Shown: positions 58,290 through 64,000 of the stretch, in pieces
How the letters are laid out: every line of letters starts with the position of its first letter
Position numbering within the stretch: position 1 is the first letter of the stretch
The notes under the pieces: model-generated
The model's database searches: none
What the model saw: the letters and a program-made list of their open reading frames with translations, nothing else
Told to the model about the DNA's origin: nothing
Translations under genes and position numbers: made by a program
DNA from: Candidatus Levyibacteriota bacterium
Lineage (GTDB): Bacteria; Patescibacteriota; Microgenomatia; Levybacterales; UBA12049
Assembly (NCBI GenBank): GCA_041906785.1
Contig: JAYRIM010000017.1
Span: 210-64,209 of the forward strand
Reading direction: 5' to 3'
DNA length: 64,000 nt

Positions 58290-58319
58290 CTGATAACTGA
58301 TTACCGACTACTGATAACT
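58290..58319. repeat. Right inverted repeat of four-helix-bundle cassette 3; reaches the stop codon of 58318..59424
   Basis: See 57926-57952. Confidence 0.7.
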
Positions 58320-59424
58320 ACCTTCCTCCCTGGACTGACAATTCACGAATAAAGAGATTATAATCATAGTGATTTACTGTTCCCTCATCTGTTAAATCAG
58401 CCATATTCTTCTGCTCTGTTGTACAAGCTCTTGCTCGTGTAATAATCGTTCCAGTGTAACATCCATAAAGAATATTATAATCGAGAATATTTAGTTGGTT
58501 ATCAGTCACTACGTCACCTGTTACAAGAGTCATCGCAGGTAAAGAAACTGTTTGACCTGGGGTGAGAAGTTGTATTCCTGGAAAAGCATTTCGTAAATAC
58601 TGATCAGACTTCAATGTCACGATATAGTTTCCTTGTGTAATATCTGTGCCCAAATCTGCACTTCCTGTAAACGAACCGCTTTCTGAAGCATATTGCATCC
58701 GAGATGTAGCTATAGCGATACGTCTGTTTGCACTATCTAATACTTCTATCGAAACAGCCCTATCTTTTCTTCGAGGATTTTTATTACTTAAACTATTGGC
58801 ATTAGGGTTCGCATTATCTCCACTGTTCCCTAATCCATGAAGAAATATATTGTAATTTATCTGCACTAGCGGGCGCGGTGTAGGCGTAGCAGTCGGTTGC
58901 GGTGTCGATGATGGGTTTGGTGTTACTGTCGCTGATGGCCGAGGTGTGGCTGTTGGAATAGCTGTTGGCTGTGGAATATCTCTATCGTTTACATATGGGG
59001 TAGGAGTTGCTGACGGTTCACAACGGGTTTGAGTACAATCACTTGGGCAACTGCATGCATCTTCATTAAAGTCACATGTTCTATCACCACAATACGGAGC
59101 ACATGCATTTGATGTGCATGTACATATTACATCCCAACATCTCCAATCATATCCGCCGCACGGTGTAAATGAACACTGTACACCATAACTAATATGCCCT
59201 AGGGTTGAACAAGAGTTACCAGTATTACCTGAATCACCATCAGTTGAAATGTTTGTCTCTGAACAACGAGGGTTATCACCACCTACACAGCTATAGTATT
59301 TTGTTCCGCACGCTTGAGCAAAAACTGAAGGAATATTTTGAAATACAAAAATAAACAGGATAATAAAAAAAACTACAAATCTCATGCTTTCTTCCACTGT
59401 AGCATTGAGGAAAAGAAGTGTCAA
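58318..59424 (-). CDS. Secreted Cys-rich protein with PT linker, conserved C-terminal module and dockerin-like tail
   Basis: Signal/TM at the N-terminus. A 30-Cys N-domain. The (TPxPSAT)n linker. IFLHGLGNSGDN...NKNP module. GDVVTDNQLNILDYNIL...ADLTDEGTVNHYDYNLFIREL. Confidence 0.55.
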   Translation of the reverse strand: MTLLFLNATVEESMRFVVFFIILFIFVFQNIPSVFAQACGTKYYSCVGGDNPRCSETNISTDGDSGNTGNSCSTLGHISYGVQCSFTPCGGYDWRCWDVICTCTSNACAPYCGDRTCDFNEDACSCPSDCTQTRCEPSATPTPYVNDRDIPQPTAIPTATPRPSATVTPNPSSTPQPTATPTPRPLVQINYNIFLHGLGNSGDNANPNANSLSNKNPRRKDRAVSIEVLDSANRRIAIATSRMQYASESGSFTGSADLGTDITQGNYIVTLKSDQYLRNAFPGIQLLTPGQTVSLPAMTLVTGDVVTDNQLNILDYNILYGCYTGTIITRARACTTEQKNMADLTDEGTVNHYDYNLFIRELSVQGGR

Positions 59425-59512
59425 ACAGCATCGCTAAACGTGTAACTTGTCGCGCAAATCATATAGTTAGAACTTTTCTTGCGTTATAAGTTATACGCTA
59501 CAGGTTTTACGT

Positions 59513-60325
59513 TTATAAGGTGGCAAAAATCATAGAGCAAGATTTTCCTGAACAGGCAATCCCGGCTTTTGTATAAGAAGCGTTTTGAATAATACCTCTA
59601 TGGATTGGTGAATTTAACCACCACTGCACTGCACCTTCTTCAGTATTGTAGTAGATAATAATTTCAGAAGAAGGATAAGAGAGGTTTTTGGCATAAAAAC
59701 CAGCATGCATATTACCATTTACGAAAATCTCATCGAAGAGCTCAGGAGCGCGTTCCTTGGCTATCTGCATGATAGATTCATTTCTCTCGACAGGTTGTAA
59801 TCCGATAGAAATTCTATGCTGATTCACAAGATTAAAAATGACATCTGAGTTAAGAGTATAATCTTCGGTATCTGGTGTAATAGTTGAGGCTGAAGCTACT
59901 TCCTGCATGGGTGTCACATATGCTATAGTTATAACCTCATTTGATACGGCCATCACGGTTTGGTCATCTGACATGTCCTCTCTCATATCTTCATTTGCTG
60001 CAGCAGCATATATACCTTTATCTTGGTTGAATATAAGAGAAGGTTCTTTTCGTATGGTATATACGAACTCGTTTCTTTCTTTAAACGAGGCTATCTTCAC
60101 TGTTCGCAAATAAGGTGGTATAAGTTGAGGCTGGTTATTTTTATTCACTGCTTCGCCAGATACCGTCTGGTGTCTGGCTTCGCTCTGCTTGTCCGCCGTA
60201 GCCTCGGCGGAGGCGGAACCGTCAACATCCGAATAAGAAGCACTAACCAACGAAGGCTGAATAAGGGGAAATATAGTATTTACTGCGAGAAACGCAGTAA
60301 GTACGTTTTTTCCTGCCTGAAACAT
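59513..60325 (-). CDS. Secreted CAP/SCP/PR-1-like domain protein
   Basis: Signal peptide. C-terminal VQWWLNSPIHRGIIQNASYTKAGIA resembles the CAP3/CAP4 motifs (W.NS..H..N.L....VGCA). Confidence 0.6.
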   Translation of the reverse strand: MFQAGKNVLTAFLAVNTIFPLIQPSLVSASYSDVDGSASAEATADKQSEARHQTVSGEAVNKNNQPQLIPPYLRTVKIASFKERNEFVYTIRKEPSLIFNQDKGIYAAAANEDMREDMSDDQTVMAVSNEVITIAYVTPMQEVASASTITPDTEDYTLNSDVIFNLVNQHRISIGLQPVERNESIMQIAKERAPELFDEIFVNGNMHAGFYAKNLSYPSSEIIIYYNTEEGAVQWWLNSPIHRGIIQNASYTKAGIACSGKSCSMIFATL

Positions 60326-60427
60326 AAATATCGTGGTATATTATCAAAAAACAGAGGAAATGTCAAATATTATAGGGCTGGGCCTTGAGGATAATACATA
60401 TTATTTAGTCATAAACTATAGGCTTAC

Positions 60428-61582
60428 TTAACTTCGAAGTACTGCACCAATTGCTGCACCCTGCGCACACGCGTATGGAACACTCTCTTTTGTAGTAAAA
60501 GAATTGATACGACGTCCTACATTCTTTTCTAATAAATCGTCTACCCTTTTTCTAAAACCCGGTACTTCACAAACAACTCCCCCGTGGTAGACTATTGTAC
60601 TTGGGTTATTTACTTCCCATATACCCATAATTTGTCCCGCAACTTTTGCACCAAATGCTACATTCTGAGCAGCTTGATCATATAAAGCTGCTGCAAGTGC
60701 ATCTCCACCTGCCATCCTCTTTGCGATTTCTCGTCCTGATAAATATTCACCTCTATGCTTCATCCATTGATGTTCTATCCCCTTACCTGCTCCTACCATT
60801 TCAATACATGTATCAGTATTTCCGAACATTCCACACTGTCCTTTTTCCCCATAATTATTCAATGCTTTAGGTACTGAAACATGTCCTGTTTCTGAAGCTA
60901 CTATATAAGACTCACCTTCTTTTCCATCGGGGACGTTATCAGTAAATCCAGCAATACCTAATCCAGTACCGACAATAATGTATTCTACCCGCTGATTTAC
61001 TCCTGTCTCTCGAGCTAAATGAACTAAACTAGCTCGCAATCCTGAAGCTGCATCATTTCCGAATGCTCTCAGTGTAGGAAAAAGTCTTAAAAAATCTCCT
61101 CCATACTCTGAAACTAAAGCCTCATATAGTGCTTTCATATTAGGAGCATCCTGAGGACGAGTTCCAATTGCGGGTCCGGCAAATGAAATTCCAACAGGGA
61201 TACCGTCTTGTACGGCTTCATTTGCAATTCTCTCTAAACGCGTCAAATATCCATGTCCTCCAGAACTTTTATATATTTCAACTGTTTTTTCATCGGGTTC
61301 TAAGACGCCCTCTTTATTTACTGTCCAACCTACTTTTGTAAAGTTTGTTCCTCCAAGGTCAATACTTACGGCCTGCACTCCTGAACGTTGTCTTAAAAGA
61401 TCTACCTCATTTACTGGGTCGAGTGCAGGGCCTTTCTGTGCGTGAATAGTTTCCCACGTATAGTGATCAGTAGGAGGCAGCTCAACTGCTCGCCGAAGAG
61501 TAAGTATATCTCCAGTATATGGAGGATCAAAATCTGGCTTTGCCATTTTTTTGGATTGTACCATATCTCTCTTCTGTGTCAA
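60428..61582 (-). CDS. ROK family sugar kinase (glucokinase-like)
   Basis: IDLGGTN, GNDAA, GTGLG. Zinc motif CGMFGNTDTCIE (C-x-C-G-x2-G-C-x-E). Confidence 0.8.
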   Translation of the reverse strand: MTQKRDMVQSKKMAKPDFDPPYTGDILTLRRAVELPPTDHYTWETIHAQKGPALDPVNEVDLLRQRSGVQAVSIDLGGTNFTKVGWTVNKEGVLEPDEKTVEIYKSSGGHGYLTRLERIANEAVQDGIPVGISFAGPAIGTRPQDAPNMKALYEALVSEYGGDFLRLFPTLRAFGNDAASGLRASLVHLARETGVNQRVEYIIVGTGLGIAGFTDNVPDGKEGESYIVASETGHVSVPKALNNYGEKGQCGMFGNTDTCIEMVGAGKGIEHQWMKHRGEYLSGREIAKRMAGGDALAAALYDQAAQNVAFGAKVAGQIMGIWEVNNPSTIVYHGGVVCEVPGFRKRVDDLLEKNVGRRINSFTTKESVPYACAQGAAIGAVLRS

Positions 61583-61635
61583 TTATAGAACACTAACAGA
61601 CAATAAGCTAAGTAGTTTTGATACAATAATTCTAT

Positions 61636-62346
61636 ATGGCGTCCCAACTTATGAAACCTTTAATAAATGATTTTATCATGGTCTTTCTTGCAATTGTTAG
61701 TATTGGACTTTTAATTTATGACTTTACAGCAACAAATGCAGTAAAAAACCAACAGCTTATCCATACTATTGACCTTATTATTGCATGTGTATTTTTAGTT
61801 GAATTCCTCTTCCATTTTACTAGGGCAAAAGATAAAAAAGTTTTTTTTCGAAAACGCTGGTGGGAGCTTTTAGCAGCCATCCCCATATCAACGACAACAA
61901 CCCAATTTTTAAGAACACTAAAAATCGTCAGAATAATTCCTCTACTAGAAAGTTTACGGTTTGTCCGTCTGGCTGTACGGCTTCGACTATTACTGGATGC
62001 ATCACAGTACTTCACTCATCATGCCTACCCAATTTATGCTGCAACGATAGCGTTTTCAGTCATTACACTCGGTGCACTGGGTTTCCATTATTTTGAGTAT
62101 GGAACAAATCCTCATGTTAAAACTTTTTTTGACAGCGTTTGGTGGGCTATCGTTACGACAACAACAATAGGATATGGTGATATTTATCCTATTACTGTAG
62201 GAGGAAGAGTTGTTGCTATTTTCCTTATCTTTACCGGAATCAGTGCGCTCGGAGCATTCATAGCTGCGGTAGATGCCTATTTCGTAAATAAAAATAAAAA
62301 AGAAATACTTGAGAAGATAACAGAAACGATTGAAGAAAAAGGGTAA
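61636..62346 (+). CDS. Potassium channel (S4-like helix plus pore domain)
   Basis: Selectivity filter TTTIGYGD. Preceding helix with Arg every third residue ([26 protein letters not shown]). Two TM segments flank the P-loop. Confidence 0.8.
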   Translation: MASQLMKPLINDFIMVFLAIVSIGLLIYDFTATNAVKNQQLIHTIDLIIACVFLVEFLFHFTRAKDKKVFFRKRWWELLAAIPISTTTTQFLRTLKIVRIIPLLESLRFVRLAVRLRLLLDASQYFTHHAYPIYAATIAFSVITLGALGFHYFEYGTNPHVKTFFDSVWWAIVTTTTIGYGDIYPITVGGRVVAIFLIFTGISALGAFIAAVDAYFVNKNKKEILEKITETIEEKG

Positions 62347-62564
62347 TTTTGTTATGCAACTCCAAGTGTGGGTTCGGATGGAATCGGACCATCTACTTCT
62401 TCATTATCAGTGAAGCGTTCTACCGGTGAACTACGAACCCATGATGAACACATAGTATTTTACCAAATTTGAGGACAAAGGCCAATGCGCTTTAAAAAGC
62501 TATCAGTTATCGGTCATTAGTCGTCAGAAACTCATAACCTACAACTTACAACTATAACTAGATA

Positions 62565-62786
62565 CTATTTACTTCCTGCAGCTTTTCTCCCTACCTCTCC
62601 TACACCAGCTCCCACTAATCCTACTTCGAACAATGTCTCTCCAATTGTTAATCCTGCTAACGCGCCAATAATGCCGACAAGGCCCACCACAGTACCTGCG
62701 TTTCTAATGAAAAGTCCTGTTTTTTCTGCAAAATTTTTTTGTTCTGGACCTGCCATATTACTGAAGAGGTACCTTTCCTCTTTCAA
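62565..62786 (-). CDS. Small Gly-zipper membrane protein (73 aa)
   Basis: VVGLVGIIGALAGLTIG. Confidence 0.3.
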   Translation of the reverse strand: MKEERYLFSNMAGPEQKNFAEKTGLFIRNAGTVVGLVGIIGALAGLTIGETLFEVGLVGAGVGEVGRKAAGSK

Positions 62787-63108
62787 AAATCACTTTTGCA
62801 ACACTTCTTCCTACTTTTTCCGCTCCTCTCAAAACTTTTCCAGTTTCCTGCTGAACAATATATTTACCGACTCCATTCCAAACTTCTGTAACCGTTGAAC
62901 CAATAACGAGATTTACTGCTTTTATGCCTACACCAAGTGCTTCAGCAGAAGATTTTACCATTGCATCAGCGATATCATAACCTTTTTGTTTTTCCATATT
63001 TCTGTTTTCATTATATGGAAATAGAGAAAAAATAACTTGATAAAAACTTAACAAAATACTTTCATTAAGCTGGTTGGGCAGCTGAACCCCTTCCTTGTAA
63101 TCGTTCAA
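62758..63108 (-). CDS. Small hypothetical protein (the start may be the internal Met at about 62998)
   Basis: ORF only. Confidence 0.3.
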   Translation of the reverse strand: MNDYKEGVQLPNQLNESILLSFYQVIFSLFPYNENRNMEKQKGYDIADAMVKSSAEALGVGIKAVNLVIGSTVTEVWNGVGKYIVQQETGKVLRGAEKVGRSVAKVIFERGKVPLQ

Positions 63109-63274
63109 TTATTTTTACTTGTGCATGATCAATAGCAGCCGCAACAGCTAATACACCTGCCCACCCCCACTGGCCGAATAAAGCAAGTACTCCAGCACCA
63201 ACAGCTTCAACATTTCTAAGCTTTGTATTTATATCTTTATACCATCCTGTAAATCCTTCTTTTCCTCTACTCAT
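63065..63274 (-). CDS. Small membrane protein (69 aa)
   Basis: AVGAGVLALFGQWGWAGVLAVAAAI hydrophobic segment. Confidence 0.3.
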   Translation of the reverse strand: MSRGKEGFTGWYKDINTKLRNVEAVGAGVLALFGQWGWAGVLAVAAAIDHAQVKIIERLQGRGSAAQPA

Positions 63275-63388
63275 AGATCTTTGAAAAGAATTATAACATA
63301 AATATTCACTATAGGCTCAGCTATTACTATTGTCTTATTGATGCCTAGATTCGTATATGGTAAGATTGACGAAGCTAATTTTCTCTTT

Positions 63389-63461
63389 GGCGCAGTGGCG
63401 AAGTAGCTAACGCAGCTGTCTGCAGAACAGCCATTCAGGGGTGCAACTCCCCTCTGCGCCT
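63389..63461 (+). tRNA. tRNA-Cys (anticodon GCA), 73 nt, no encoded CCA
   Basis: The cloverleaf folds by hand. The acceptor GGCGCAG/CTGCGCC is 7/7. The anticodon stem GCTGT/ACAGC is 5/5, with loop C-U-GCA-G-A. The variable loop is 5 nt. The T stem AGGGG/CCCCT is 5 bp. The discriminator U73 is the Cys identity element. T-loop TGCAACT (G55) and C19 are unusual. Confidence 0.7.
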
Positions 63462-63485
63462 CAAGCAAGTAGCAAGTAGCAAGTT
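63462..63485 (+). repeat. Tandem heptamer (AGCAAGT)x3 immediately 3' of tRNA-Cys
   Basis: caagcaagtagcaagtagcaagttgc. Confidence 0.6.
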
Positions 63486-63501
63486 GCAAAAGGATTAAAC
63501 G

Positions 63502-63927
63502 TTATCTGAAGAATCGTTTGCGGGTAACCAGAAGACCCAAACCGAGGGTTAAGAATAACGCTGATTGACTCATATCATTAATTTTTGCCTGTTCACGTGC
63601 CTCACGGACTCCATCCAGACAATTTTGTTTCATTATCTTTTCCTGTTCTTTTTCTTCTTTTGAAGGCGTACGAGATTTACCATCAGGTGTAAAGTATGGT
63701 TGAGGATATGTACAATCCTGCTCACGTGGACCATAAAATCCTGGCATCATGAAACTAAACGCATAAACACCAGTAGAAGGGTACTTTTCGAATGCCATCA
63801 TATTAATCGCCGTGCGTACTGCCCCAAAAATACCAAGTAAAAGCAGAACAATGGCGATAAAAGTAACCCAAGGATAAACGCGAGATTCACTTGTTTTCTT
63901 ATCCATAACTTTTAAAGAATACCACAT
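63502..63927 (-). CDS. Membrane protein, hypothetical (141 aa)
   Basis: Two TM segments flank a charged loop. Confidence 0.4.
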   Translation of the reverse strand: MWYSLKVMDKKTSESRVYPWVTFIAIVLLLLGIFGAVRTAINMMAFEKYPSTGVYAFSFMMPGFYGPREQDCTYPQPYFTPDGKSRTPSKEEKEQEKIMKQNCLDGVREAREQAKINDMSQSALFLTLGLGLLVTRKRFFR

Positions 63928-64000
63928 CAGCTTACAACTTACAACTAAAGATTATCTCCCTGGCTGCACTTTCAATTCTCGAAGGAATAAATTGTAATCA

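Noticed and set aside
63389-63461. A minus-strand tRNA reading (GCGCAGAGG...CTGCGCCA)
   Set aside because: The minus-strand fold gives a 6/7 acceptor, a non-U33 anticodon loop and no T-arm. The plus-strand tRNA-Cys fold is far better.

Overview
The window looks like a stretch of low-GC, gene-dense chromosome from a small-genome bacterium, probably a Candidate Phyla Radiation (Patescibacteria) member. Many genes overlap their neighbours by 4-40 nt, ribosomal and other proteins carry K/E-rich tails, and four-helix-bundle 'IVS' proteins are expanded. About 70% of genes are on the minus strand. The following are recognisable.

- **Housekeeping blocks:** partial lepB, uppS, cysS, dnaX-ybaB-GNAT-prs-recR, ybeY, rpsU, proS, an oxidative pentose-phosphate operon (pgl, hydrolase, zwf, gnd), rseP, an rpsB-tsf-frr block that lacks pyrH, glyA, a guaB-like gene, murF, ROK glucokinase, a K+ channel and tRNA-Cys.
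- **dTTP-synthesis supercluster:** dcd, a tmk-like gene, dut, a second tmk-like gene, a DHFR-like gene, yhhQ, a two-domain thyX, an NDT-like gene and a HIT gene.
- **Surface-protein locus:** a cellulosome-like locus of cohesin-like and dockerin-like secreted proteins.

The observations most worth a second look are these.

1. Three four-helix-bundle (TIGR02436) genes and one GxxExxY gene each sit as a mini-cassette bounded by its own inverted-repeat pair. The repeats overlap the stop codons of the flanking housekeeping genes, and solo or empty copies of the same repeat families occur elsewhere in the window.
2. A divergently arranged island of three large ORFan proteins plus an ATPase/winged-helix regulator lies at 50.1-56.5 kb. 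One of its proteins carries a beta-carbonic-anhydrase-like CxDxR...HxxC signature.
3. A promoter-to-terminator structured leader sits upstream of a small ORF and proS, and contains a near-consensus T-box core motif.
4. A 9-nt-periodic hairpin element is shared by the rpsU and glyA leaders.
5. A 55%-GC islet encodes an aromatic-rich secreted protein.
6. A TTTGAG/TTTTGACTTTT simple-repeat family sits in frame inside recR, proS and dnaX, and also occurs between genes.

All calls rest on reading the translated ORFs and the DNA by eye. No database searches were run, and coordinates of non-CDS features may be off by 1-2 nt.
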